64,000 bases of DNA from Myxococcota bacterium (GTDB lineage Bacteria; Myxococcota; XYA12-FULL-58-9; JABJBS01): positions 1 to 64,000 of the forward strand of contig JAYZAY010000059.1 in the NCBI GenBank assembly GCA_036339465.1. Reading direction: 5' to 3'. The notes under the pieces were generated by a model. That model was not told where the DNA came from, did no database searches, and saw only the letters and a list, made by a program, of their open reading frames with translations. A program made the translations under genes and the position numbers. Positions 39,473 through 49,187 of the stretch are shown here, piece after piece; position 1 is the stretch's first letter; each line of letters starts with the position of its first letter.

Positions 39473-41617
39473 ATGCAATCCCCCCTCCCGCCTAATATCC
39501 TCGACCGAACCGCCACTTTCAGTATTTTAGGCTTGCTGCTTTTGGTTGTTTTTTACGGTACAGCTGAGAAAAGTCACTCTCGTTTACAGGCTCTGGGGGA
39601 ATCCATGTGGCCTGGGTATTTTCAGCTGCGAGTTGATCCGCAACGACCCTCCTGCGATCTGGATGTTTTGGAAAAACAATTGGGTGCAGCCACGAAGGCT
39701 GTTGAAGCAGAGAAAGCCGCTGCAGCGGCTGCAGCTGTAAATGATGGACAAGAAGGAGCAGCGGCGGCGAATAAGGCAGCAGCGGCCGCCATTGTCCCAG
39801 GGGCGGATGACGACGACTTTGACGATCTCTTTGATGACGAAGAACAAGAGCTGGCCGGCGAAACTTTGGTGATTGCTCAGAAGTCTCTATTGAATGAATG
39901 TAAAGAAAGTCACCGGCGCTATGAGACCGCGAGTGGAAGGATAACCCAAGGCGTCAGGGTTTATCGAGCCTTTGAGACTTCTGTCGCCAGTCTCGTTGAA
40001 TGGATTGACCATTTCTCACACTATATCCTCGTCATTTTGATCATTTTTTCGGGTCTGGTGACCACTATTCGGCAACACCATATTTCGCTCCGACCCATAG
40101 GTTCAGCTTTGGACCAGCGTGTTTCGAGTCTTAGTCAATTGGTGGCTTCCTTACTGATTGTTGCTTCGTTCTATAGTTTGCGTTCCATTGATACGGAACA
40201 AAATATCCAAGACACCGCGGCCATGCAGTGGTTATGGATATTGGGAATGTCTGTGGTTTCGCTGGTGCATTTTCGTAATCTTAGGGTGGTCGGTTCAGGC
40301 CGTAGCGAAGAGGGAACTCTTGGCCACGCTCTTTTGACCATCCCGCTCTACGCCTATATGGCACTTATCGCTGGTTTCTATTTTCTCATCGGTGAATCGC
40401 ATCCGGCTGGTTTGGCCATCTATCTAGGGAAGCTCACCGAGCACCGGATGCTCTACCTGGCGGTGGGCCTCTATGTTTGGGTGGGTATGTTACTTAAGCA
40501 GACCAATCTTGCCTCGATGATTTTCGATATCATTAGACCTTGGAAGCTCGCGCCGGAACTCCTGGCTGTTGTCATTGTGGCGGGCTCTGCAATTCCGACG
40601 GCATACAGCGGTGCATCTGGAATCTTTGTTATTGCTGCAGGGGCAGTCATCTATGATGAATTACGGAAAGCGGGGGCCCGTCGGCAACTCGCTTTGGCCG
40701 CTACCGCAATGTCTGGTAGTCTCGGTGTTGTTCTAAGACCGTGCCTTTTAGTGGTCATTGTTGCCTCTTTAAACAAACAAGTTACGACTGATGAGTTGTT
40801 TGGCTGGGGCTGGCGTGTTTATTTTTTGACCGCATTTTTATTTATGGTCGCTTGTTGGTTTTCGAAGACCAGCTCTTGGAAGCTGTCTGAGCCCAGTATC
40901 GCATTTAGCGCGTCTCTGGATAAGCTCAAGCCACTCATTCCATATTTTCTTGTTGCTCTTGGCTTTTTGGCTTTCTATGAATTGGTATTAAGCACACCCG
41001 TGAATGAGCATACGGCGCCCTCTATTCTCCCCGTTATTTTCCTCGTGCTTCTCGCCATTGATAAGAGAAAGGCCAAGAAACTCCCGGCTTCTTCCGGAGA
41101 GGCTGTGTTGGGTTTCCGACGTTCATGTGCAGATGCGACTTCCGAAACGAGTACGCACATTGGGGCCCTCTTAATGTTGATGGCTCTCTCAATTTGTTTA
41201 GGGGGCATCGTTGAAAGAAGCGAAATTATGAATTTCTTTCCTCAGGCGTTGGGGTCGGCTTGGTCTACGATGGGGCTCTTGGTGGCGGTACTGGTGGTCA
41301 TTGGTATGACCATGGATCCCTATGGAGCAGTTATTTTGGTATCGGCATCTATTGCGGATGTGGCGTATCGAAACGGTATTGATGCGGTACACTTTTGGAT
41401 GGTGGTTTTAGTGGCCTTTGAGCTGGGCTATTTGACTCCACCGGTGGCGCTGAACCATCTCTTAACGCGTCAGGTCGTGGGAGAGGCGGAATTGGATGAC
41501 CACAGCGAATCGACAAATCAAGGGTTTTGGGCACGACATGAGCGCATTCTACTGCCTATGGCCGTACTCGGTACGGCGCTGATTATCGTGGCGTTCGTTC
41601 CCTTGTTCTTTCTATGA
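39473..41617 (+). CDS. TRAP transporter large permease (DctM-like, with N-terminal extension)
   Basis: Many TM helices; AMSGSLGVVLRP, IGMTMDPYGAVIL, ELGYLTPPVALN. Confidence 0.88.
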   Translation: MQSPLPPNILDRTATFSILGLLLLVVFYGTAEKSHSRLQALGESMWPGYFQLRVDPQRPSCDLDVLEKQLGAATKAVEAEKAAAAAAAVNDGQEGAAAANKAAAAAIVPGADDDDFDDLFDDEEQELAGETLVIAQKSLLNECKESHRRYETASGRITQGVRVYRAFETSVASLVEWIDHFSHYILVILIIFSGLVTTIRQHHISLRPIGSALDQRVSSLSQLVASLLIVASFYSLRSIDTEQNIQDTAAMQWLWILGMSVVSLVHFRNLRVVGSGRSEEGTLGHALLTIPLYAYMALIAGFYFLIGESHPAGLAIYLGKLTEHRMLYLAVGLYVWVGMLLKQTNLASMIFDIIRPWKLAPELLAVVIVAGSAIPTAYSGASGIFVIAAGAVIYDELRKAGARRQLALAATAMSGSLGVVLRPCLLVVIVASLNKQVTTDELFGWGWRVYFLTAFLFMVACWFSKTSSWKLSEPSIAFSASLDKLKPLIPYFLVALGFLAFYELVLSTPVNEHTAPSILPVIFLVLLAIDKRKAKKLPASSGEAVLGFRRSCADATSETSTHIGALLMLMALSICLGGIVERSEIMNFFPQALGSAWSTMGLLVAVLVVIGMTMDPYGAVILVSASIADVAYRNGIDAVHFWMVVLVAFELGYLTPPVALNHLLTRQVVGEAELDDHSESTNQGFWARHERILLPMAVLGTALIIVAFVPLFFL

Positions 41618-41658
41618 TGTTGGTCATAAAATTGAATTGACGCTTAGGGGGCACGGAA

Positions 41659-41943
41659 ATGTCGGAGATATCGGTGCGGGCAGAAATGTTAGTGACAGGG
41701 GTGGTTCAAGGCGTCTTTTTCAGGGCATCGACCATGGAAGTTGCTCAGGGCCTAAACTTAGTGGGGTTCGTTGAAAATATTCCTGATGGCAGGGTGGAGA
41801 TTGTTGCGGAAGGTCCGCGCTACGCTCTGGAATATTTATTCGAATGGGTTCAGCATGGCCCGCCAGAAGCAGAGGTTCAGCATGTAGAGATTCGATGGAA
41901 GGATTCAAAAAGCGAATTTCAAACTTTCATGATTCGGCGCTAA
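41659..41943 (+). CDS. acyP: Acylphosphatase
   Basis: VTGVVQGVFFR, GFVENIPDGRVE, GPPEAEV. Confidence 0.93.
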   Translation: MSEISVRAEMLVTGVVQGVFFRASTMEVAQGLNLVGFVENIPDGRVEIVAEGPRYALEYLFEWVQHGPPEAEVQHVEIRWKDSKSEFQTFMIRR

Positions 41944-42556
41944 TAGCTCTTAGAATGAGCTCTTCTAGTTGTTTTGCAACTTCATGCAGATCGGAAGCCT
42001 TGCGTTTGGGATTGCTGACCCAGATACCCGTGACGTAGTCAAGTGCCCCAAAGAGGATATTTCGAAGGATACCGGTGCTGAAATCTTTCCGGAAAAAGCC
42101 AACTTCCTTACCGTTTTCGATCACCAGTGTCCATTGCTGAAGGTATTCGAAAAATTGCTCTTTGGCGTATTCTTTCATGAACTTGCCACTGCGCCTAAGT
42201 TCAAGGGTTACCAATGCCGCCAAATGAGGGTTCTCAAGAGCCAGATTAAGGTGATACTCGATCACTGTTTGCAGCTGCAATTTCGGATTCATCTGTTCGG
42301 TTATCTGTTGGCTCAATCCGGCGTTAATCTCTTCGAGCTTGGCTTCAAAGAGGGAGATGAGGAGGTCATCTTTATTCTTGAAATAAAGGTAGATGGTTCC
42401 ATCCCCAACGCCGGCTCGTTCTGCGATTTCACTAACTCTTGATTCGGTAAATCCCTTTTCAGCGAAAACCGCCATCGCTCCATTCAAGATGCGTTGATAT
42501 TTCTCTTCGTGACGTTGTCGTCCTTTGGCTGTCTCTTGATCCTTTTGTCGAGGCAT
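41927..42556 (-). CDS. TetR-family regulator, Bacillus FadR(YsiA)-like
   Basis: KYQRILNGAMAVFAEKGF..VSEIAERAGVGDGTIYLYFKNKDDLLISLF; ELRRS. Confidence 0.9.
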   Translation of the reverse strand: MPRQKDQETAKGRQRHEEKYQRILNGAMAVFAEKGFTESRVSEIAERAGVGDGTIYLYFKNKDDLLISLFEAKLEEINAGLSQQITEQMNPKLQLQTVIEYHLNLALENPHLAALVTLELRRSGKFMKEYAKEQFFEYLQQWTLVIENGKEVGFFRKDFSTGILRNILFGALDYVTGIWVSNPKRKASDLHEVAKQLEELILRAISAES

Positions 42557-42753
42557 GTCTTTGGGTTTAGACCTCTTGTCTTTGGCATGTCAACGTTTTT
42601 GGTGTGATTCGCCTTTTCTCGAGAGTCTAAAGAGTTCTAGAGTTTGCACAGTTTTCCGAATTCAAGTTTCTCGGTGTGGTGCTTGATTTCCATAACCTTA
42701 CCCAATCGAGATTCATTGTTGGCCAGAGCGTTTTTTGGATCTCCTAGAATTCC

Positions 42754-45700
42754 CTAGAGCTTCTGACTTGATTGGTACAAGACCAAATTATGTTGTGACC
42801 TATCGACGGCCAGAACCAAGGAGCTTAAATCAAAGCGACCGTTGCTGAGGGGAGAAAGGTCTCTGGCAACCTTTTGGAAGGATTCTAGCGTTTGTGAGTT
42901 CAAATTCTCAGGCATCTGCCCGCTTTGAAGTATAAGGGCGGTTGCGTTTACCAGAGCTGATCGCAATTGCCCCCTAAGGGCGGTTCTCGCTGGTTTTTCT
43001 AGCCTAGAGGTATTGTAGCTCTGGGTTGCGCCCCGAATAAACTCCAGTAGACCCGATTGGGCACCGGCAATAAAATAGAGTTTGCTTGCCAGTTCAATAT
43101 TCGTCTCTACTTTGGATAAAACTTCAGCGATGTCCAATATTTCGTCGACGTATTCGAGCTTGCTTAGGGGTGTTGCCAAATCTTCAGGAACACTTGCACC
43201 CACGAGATCGAGGCTTGAAGCGGCTCGGCGTTCTTCGTCTTCTTGAGGCAGAAGCGTACTTAGGTTTTCATGGAGGAACTTTACGTTTTGTTCAAACGAG
43301 TCTTTTTGTGGCATTGTTTCGTTACGCATTAACCACAAGCAGGTGCGGTTCAACGCATGTTCGATTTGCATTCGGATCAGATACTCAATTGTGGGATCTA
43401 GATTTGCTTCAATCTCAAAGAGTTTCTCCTTAACATGATTCATTTCGATGATTTTCGATGCGTAAAGGTGGCTTCGCAAGATGTCGACTGTATTGCCTCC
43501 AGTTTGAAGGAGCATATCGCTAATCCAACTCGCACCCGTATCATTCACGATGGTGTTGGTGAGCATCGTGTCGGCAATATTTCGAGCAAGTGGGTGGGCG
43601 AGTATTTCTTCTGGGAATTTTGATTGGAGCAATTCAGGAAAATAGTCTTGAAGGTAGGGTGTCCAAAGTTCTTTGGGAATCAGAGTTGGGTAGGCAACGA
43701 GCTCTTGTCGAATGAACATTTTTGCGTAAGATGCCAGAGAAGCTAGTTCAGGACGATGGAGTCCGATGCCATTTTGTGCTCTGAGATCTAACTCCGGATC
43801 TGTCGGAAGATTTGCCAGTTGGCGATCAAATCCTACGTCTGCTGCCAGTTGCTCGATGGCGCGTTGGAAGCGAGGAAGATCTGTTTGAGAGCGTATTTGG
43901 TCTAAGCTCAACATTCGGCCTTGTTTCCAATTATTTCCGAGAACGGTTTTGTTGACGTCTGCACGCACCTCTTCGAGCAGTATGTTTCGTTGCTCGGAGG
44001 TGAGGTCCCCCCGTTCTTGTGGCTTACTCAATAATATTTTGATATTGACTTCATGATCAGAAAGGTCAACGCCACCACTATTATCGACGGCATCGGTATT
44101 TAGCCGGGTCTCTCTAGCGGCGAGTTGACATCGTCCCTGGGGGGTAATGCCGAGGTTTCCGCCTTCTCCAATCACCTTTGCTCTGACCTGAGGGGCGTCA
44201 ATGCGTACTTGGTCGTTGGATGGATCTCCGACTTGAAGATTGGTTTCTTTATCGGATTTAATGTAGGTGCCGATACCCCCATTCCATAGTAGATCGACCG
44301 GTGCTTTGAGGATTTCTTTGATAAGATCCGGTCCACTAAGTTTGTCGTCTTTAATCCCCAAAGCCTTTTTCGCTTCATCGGAAAGGGCAATGGATTTAGA
44401 ATTTCTGGGATAAATGCCTCCACCGGGGCTAAGTTGGTCTTTGGGGTAGTCCTCCCAACTGCTTCTTTTCATGTTGAATAACTTAAGCCGAACTTCATGG
44501 CTTGTGGTAGGATCGGGCTTGGGGTCGATGAAAATATTTCGATGATCGAAAGCGGCCAAAAGCTTCATTGTTTTGGACAGTAAGAGTCCATTGCCAAACA
44601 CATCTCCGGACATATCTCCGATACCAGCAACCGTGATGACGTCCTTTTCCGGATGAAGTCCCATTTCGCGAAAATGTCGTTTAACACTCTCCCATGCCCC
44701 TTTGGCGGTGACCCCATCGATTTTATGGTCGTATCCATTTGAACCTCCGGACGCAAACGCATCGTCGAGCCAAAATTGATTTTGGCGGGCTACCCCGTTG
44801 GCGGTGTCTGAAAAAGCCGCCGTTCCCTTGTCGGCCGCAACAACAAGATATGAATCATCTTGGTCATAACAAAGGATATTTTCGGGCTTAATGATGTTGC
44901 CTTGGGATAGGTTGTCGGTAACTTCCAAAAGGCCATTAATGAAAATCTTGTATGCTTCAACGCCAGCTTTCCTAAAATCCTGTGGATCGTCGTAAGTTCC
45001 CTTAACGATAAACGCCCCTTTTGCACCTTCCGGAACAATCACAACGTTCTTGAGGTTTTGGGTGTGCATAAGACCCAGTACTTCAGTGCGAAAGTCGCGT
45101 CGCCGGTCAGACCAGCGAATTCCACCGCGAGCAATCATGCCACCTCGAAGATGCAGTCCCTCCACCAGAGGGTGATGGACGTAGATTTCTCTAAAGGGCC
45201 GAGGCTCTGGTATTCGCACAATTCTTGCGGGTTCCATCTTTAGGACAATGCGTGGTTGTTTGTGTGGATCTCGATTATAAAAATTTGTTCGGAGAGTTGC
45301 ATCCACAAGGTTGTAGAGTCGGCGAAAAATCTGATCACTTTGGAGGTCTTGCAATTCGTCGATTTGTTCGAGGAGTGTCCGACTTGCTCTGTCCACGAGT
45401 TCTTGGCGTGTGGGGCAGACTTTGCCCTTTTCGGTTCCCTGTAATTCAGGGTCAAATTTGACGCGGAAGAATTCAGTGATGGAGCGAACCAGGGTCGGGT
45501 TTTTCTCCAAAGTAGACGTAGTAGCGTGTTTGCCATAGGGAGAGCCAAGTTGCCAGGCGTAATGGTGGTAGGCACGTAGTAGACTCACGTAAGTCCAGGG
45601 AATATCAGACTTCAAGAGAAGTCGATTCATGATGTCGTTTTCACATGCTCCCGCCATGGCGGCTGTGATGGCTGAAGAAAGTCTGTTTCGGCGTGTTGTA

Positions 45701-47547
45701 AGGTCGACGTTAATATTTGCGGCGGGTTTTATTCTAAACGTTGAGACGACGAGGTCGGGCCTTTCCGGAACAAGGACGCTGGTTGGGTATTGGTCAACCA
45801 CGACGAGGCCGAGGTTGTCTAGGATCGGTAAAATGTCTGAGAGAAGACTCGAACTTGTCTCCGCCAATCTCAGGCGGGTGATGTCAAGTCGCTGATCTGT
45901 TTTTTCCCGGTAAATCTCGCAGACGTAGGGCATTTCCTCCGTTAGGGACTGTAGGATTTCGATGTCTTTAATGGCCCGTTTTACCGAGGTTTCTTCTCGG
46001 TAACGCGCGGGGAAAGCGTCGCGGTATAGGTAGAATAGTTCACGAGCTTGTGTCTCGCCGAAATGAAGGTAGATTTGATTTTTTAAGCGGATACTCCACG
46101 GCTGAGCCTGCTCTTTGATTTGTTCTTGCAGTTGTTCAACGATGTTTGCAGGGGCGTCGTGGATACCGGTTAAAAAGTAGTGCAGGGAGACAGACTGTCC
46201 ATTGCCAGAATAAACTCCGTCGTCCACAGAGCGTGAACCAAGTTTCAAAGAAAGAAGGCGACGAATGCCGCCTCTTAAATCGTCACTGTAATAAGACCGT
46301 GGTAAGATAACAAACACAAAAGCCGATTGGTTTTTCTGATCAAGGCTGGTGTGTATCTGAATACCTTCTTCGGCGTCTGAGTTAAGAAGTTCTTCGACAA
46401 GCTTAGTAATGTTGTTTTCATCGAGGGCAAAGAGATAATCCAAGGGAAGCGAATTAAATGCCTTACGGATTGTGCGGTGCCGGTGGCTCCCTTGCCGTGC
46501 ATCCGTATTCTCAAGGATTCGTTGCATCATTTGATTGAGCATCGGGACTGATGCTTTTGGTTCAGCTAGGGCCTCGAAAGTGAAGAGGCCTTCAATGAGT
46601 AGAATACCATCTGGATTTGCCTCGGCATCAAGTGTGCTGACGGCGACTCGATTAAGGGGCCCGGTTCGATAAAGCCACGACTCGACTTTACTTTTTTGAA
46701 TCTTAAGAAATGGTGCCTTGGCGAGCTCTCGTAAACTGTCTTCCTCGTTGAGGCCCAGTTCAAGACTGGTTTCTACCAAGCTTTCTTGATTACCTATGCC
46801 TAGATTCATCGTATTGTTTTGCGCCTCTTCCTTCAAGGCGATCCATTTTGTGCCTAAGACGACGAAATGCTTTGATTGTAGCCAATCGAGAAATTGCGCG
46901 TATGTTTGGTATTGGTGATTGTTCTCCTTTTCTGCTTGCGCGTAAAATGTTTTTGCACATTTTGTGAGCGAATCTTGCATGCTGGGATAGTCGAGAACGG
47001 AAAGTTGGATTTGTTTTAGCCGGGCCGAAATACATTCGACAATGCTCTTTTGTCTTTCGAGTAAGTTCTCACCTTCAATTTCAGCCCAGAGGAAAGATTC
47101 GGGCTCTTGATCTTCGATTCCTAGCCCAGTGATTCGGCCGGAGGATGTTTCTCGACGAACGGGGATGATCGTGTTGAAACTTCTGAGGATTTTAACGCTT
47201 TTCCATTCGAGGGCCAGGCGAATCACAGAGATAATAAATGGCTGATCTTTGGATGCAGTGATCAAGATAGCGCGTGTATGTGTTCCGTCATCGATGGGCT
47301 TCATTTGAACGATGATTTCTTCATCACGTCGATCGAGGCAGGTTACAAGTAGTTGCTCGATCGCTGGTAGGAGTTCCTTTGGGGGGTGTTTTTCTAGATA
47401 ACGGCCATCGAGCGATCGGGATAGTTGTCTTGCAAAAAGAGGATATAGGTCTTCTAGTTCCTCGGCCTTTGCCGGAACATAGGTGTCGACTGCAGCTAGA
47501 TAGGCTACGACTTTATCGGAAAATCTATGTGATGAGTTCTCTATCAT
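42754..47547 (-). CDS. gdhB: Large NAD-specific glutamate dehydrogenase (Bac_GDH family)
   Basis: 1597 aa; GLHLRGGMIARGGIRWSDR, KNVVIVPEGAKG, YLVVAADKGTA, FASGGSNGYDHK, NTDAVDNSGGV. Confidence 0.95.
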   Translation of the reverse strand: MIENSSHRFSDKVVAYLAAVDTYVPAKAEELEDLYPLFARQLSRSLDGRYLEKHPPKELLPAIEQLLVTCLDRRDEEIIVQMKPIDDGTHTRAILITASKDQPFIISVIRLALEWKSVKILRSFNTIIPVRRETSSGRITGLGIEDQEPESFLWAEIEGENLLERQKSIVECISARLKQIQLSVLDYPSMQDSLTKCAKTFYAQAEKENNHQYQTYAQFLDWLQSKHFVVLGTKWIALKEEAQNNTMNLGIGNQESLVETSLELGLNEEDSLRELAKAPFLKIQKSKVESWLYRTGPLNRVAVSTLDAEANPDGILLIEGLFTFEALAEPKASVPMLNQMMQRILENTDARQGSHRHRTIRKAFNSLPLDYLFALDENNITKLVEELLNSDAEEGIQIHTSLDQKNQSAFVFVILPRSYYSDDLRGGIRRLLSLKLGSRSVDDGVYSGNGQSVSLHYFLTGIHDAPANIVEQLQEQIKEQAQPWSIRLKNQIYLHFGETQARELFYLYRDAFPARYREETSVKRAIKDIEILQSLTEEMPYVCEIYREKTDQRLDITRLRLAETSSSLLSDILPILDNLGLVVVDQYPTSVLVPERPDLVVSTFRIKPAANINVDLTTRRNRLSSAITAAMAGACENDIMNRLLLKSDIPWTYVSLLRAYHHYAWQLGSPYGKHATTSTLEKNPTLVRSITEFFRVKFDPELQGTEKGKVCPTRQELVDRASRTLLEQIDELQDLQSDQIFRRLYNLVDATLRTNFYNRDPHKQPRIVLKMEPARIVRIPEPRPFREIYVHHPLVEGLHLRGGMIARGGIRWSDRRRDFRTEVLGLMHTQNLKNVVIVPEGAKGAFIVKGTYDDPQDFRKAGVEAYKIFINGLLEVTDNLSQGNIIKPENILCYDQDDSYLVVAADKGTAAFSDTANGVARQNQFWLDDAFASGGSNGYDHKIDGVTAKGAWESVKRHFREMGLHPEKDVITVAGIGDMSGDVFGNGLLLSKTMKLLAAFDHRNIFIDPKPDPTTSHEVRLKLFNMKRSSWEDYPKDQLSPGGGIYPRNSKSIALSDEAKKALGIKDDKLSGPDLIKEILKAPVDLLWNGGIGTYIKSDKETNLQVGDPSNDQVRIDAPQVRAKVIGEGGNLGITPQGRCQLAARETRLNTDAVDNSGGVDLSDHEVNIKILLSKPQERGDLTSEQRNILLEEVRADVNKTVLGNNWKQGRMLSLDQIRSQTDLPRFQRAIEQLAADVGFDRQLANLPTDPELDLRAQNGIGLHRPELASLASYAKMFIRQELVAYPTLIPKELWTPYLQDYFPELLQSKFPEEILAHPLARNIADTMLTNTIVNDTGASWISDMLLQTGGNTVDILRSHLYASKIIEMNHVKEKLFEIEANLDPTIEYLIRMQIEHALNRTCLWLMRNETMPQKDSFEQNVKFLHENLSTLLPQEDEERRAASSLDLVGASVPEDLATPLSKLEYVDEILDIAEVLSKVETNIELASKLYFIAGAQSGLLEFIRGATQSYNTSRLEKPARTALRGQLRSALVNATALILQSGQMPENLNSQTLESFQKVARDLSPLSNGRFDLSSLVLAVDRSQHNLVLYQSSQKL

Positions 47548-47716
47548 GGTGTATCATTACCTTGAGGTTGGAATCCTATTCTATTTTACCGCACCTCCAC
47601 TTCTAAGCCAGTATTGTAATATTTTTTCATCTGTTTTGAGGCGAGATGGGTGTCTTTATAGGGGATTGGGCATGGTTGTGGTGAGGGGGACAAGGAGAAT
47701 TTTGTGACTTGAGAAC

Positions 47717-49183
47717 CTATAAATCTTCAGGAAGCGCATATACCAAGGAGATAGGGGGATTTTCGGTCATTTTACTGATCGCCTCGAACCAAGGGGTGAT
47801 TTGTAGCCCCTCTACGACCCAAAGTATCGGACTTTTTGGGGCCAAACTTAGAACCAGATGCGCCAAGACTCTCTCTTGGAAGAGTTTGACGATATGCCCA
47901 TGGAATCCTCCAAGAATTGATTCCGGTAGGGTGAGTGTGACTTCGTCCACCTGGATTTCGTTGATATTTTGGGCGCCTTGGAGAATACCTGAAAAGGTTT
48001 CTACCAGTTGATGGTGGTGAAATTCACTGTCGCTTAATTCATAGCCAAGCTCGTCCGAAATGGTAGGGATGAGGGTTTTTCTGAGTTGAAGAAGTAGTTG
48101 TTCAATGGAAAGCTCAGGGAGCCTGAGGGAGATCCCAGGGGCTTGTGGTGTATCAGCTGAATATTGATAGGCGCTAAATTCCCATAAACCTTGTCGAATA
48201 TAAGTATAACCGTCCTTCTTTTCCCTGTTTCCACCGAATTTCTCAAAAGCATATCGGCTCTCGGGAATGGCTGTGAGCCTAGGGTCACCAAAATCTAGAG
48301 TGTTGAAATTTTCGAGTTCAAAGTCAGGAACAATGCATTTGATTTGTAGATTGGTCTCGGTCGTTGACGATGGGAGTAATTGGGGCAGAGCTTCGTATGA
48401 GAATTGTTGTGTTCGCCCGTTTCCTAGGGCTTCGAAGACAGTGGTTGAAACCAGCTCTGGTTGTTCCCGGGTCAACAAACCGCAGTTTAAGAGTCGCGGC
48501 CCAAAAGTGCAGTCGAATTCAAGGATATTTGGAGTATCGCTTGCCAATGCTTCGGGTTCAGTTGTTCCCAGTGATTCAGCAGGTTCTTCTGCCTGGGAAA
48601 GCATTTCTTTGCTCTCTTGAGTGTGGCACGAGGTCTTTTGTTCGTGAGAGATTTCTGATTCGAGTTTTTCCTTCTGCATCAAGATTTCGAGGTCATTTGA
48701 TGGGATTTTTTCTTCGATATTCCTGCGAAGACTCACAGGTTCATCTTGTTCTTCGAACAGTTGTCCGTAGAGGTCGGTCAGACTCTCTGCTTCGAATCGC
48801 GCGAGGTCGGGATTGGCCTCTCTCACCCCCCCTCCTGTGGCTTTGGGGAGATGAGCAATGAGATATCGCTCGATGTGGCGGGAAGCCTTTCCTGCGAATG
48901 ATGAAAAATGGAGTCCGATTCCACTTGGTTGTCCGCTTTCATGGGCTTCGGAAAGATTTCGGAGCCAGTGAACGATTCCTATCCCTTGTATTTTCTCCTT
49001 GGGACGTTCCAACTCGAAGTTAAACCGAACGCTATCGCCGATTCGGGGTAATTCTCTGGTTTGAACAAACATTCCCGTGGCGGAGAGATCACGAATTGTG
49101 GCGATGACCACGACCTGGCGATCCGGATAGCGCATGGTAATTGATATTGCGACAGGCACGCGCGGTGCCCCGGTTTTTTCCAT
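47717..49183 (-). CDS. PilZ-domain protein with unknown C-terminal domain
   Basis: APRVPV...RDLSATGMFV, GIVHW, GIGLHF typical of myxobacterial PilZ domains. Confidence 0.75.
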   Translation of the reverse strand: MEKTGAPRVPVAISITMRYPDRQVVVIATIRDLSATGMFVQTRELPRIGDSVRFNFELERPKEKIQGIGIVHWLRNLSEAHESGQPSGIGLHFSSFAGKASRHIERYLIAHLPKATGGGVREANPDLARFEAESLTDLYGQLFEEQDEPVSLRRNIEEKIPSNDLEILMQKEKLESEISHEQKTSCHTQESKEMLSQAEEPAESLGTTEPEALASDTPNILEFDCTFGPRLLNCGLLTREQPELVSTTVFEALGNGRTQQFSYEALPQLLPSSTTETNLQIKCIVPDFELENFNTLDFGDPRLTAIPESRYAFEKFGGNREKKDGYTYIRQGLWEFSAYQYSADTPQAPGISLRLPELSIEQLLLQLRKTLIPTISDELGYELSDSEFHHHQLVETFSGILQGAQNINEIQVDEVTLTLPESILGGFHGHIVKLFQERVLAHLVLSLAPKSPILWVVEGLQITPWFEAISKMTENPPISLVYALPEDL

Positions 49184-49187
49184 GGTG

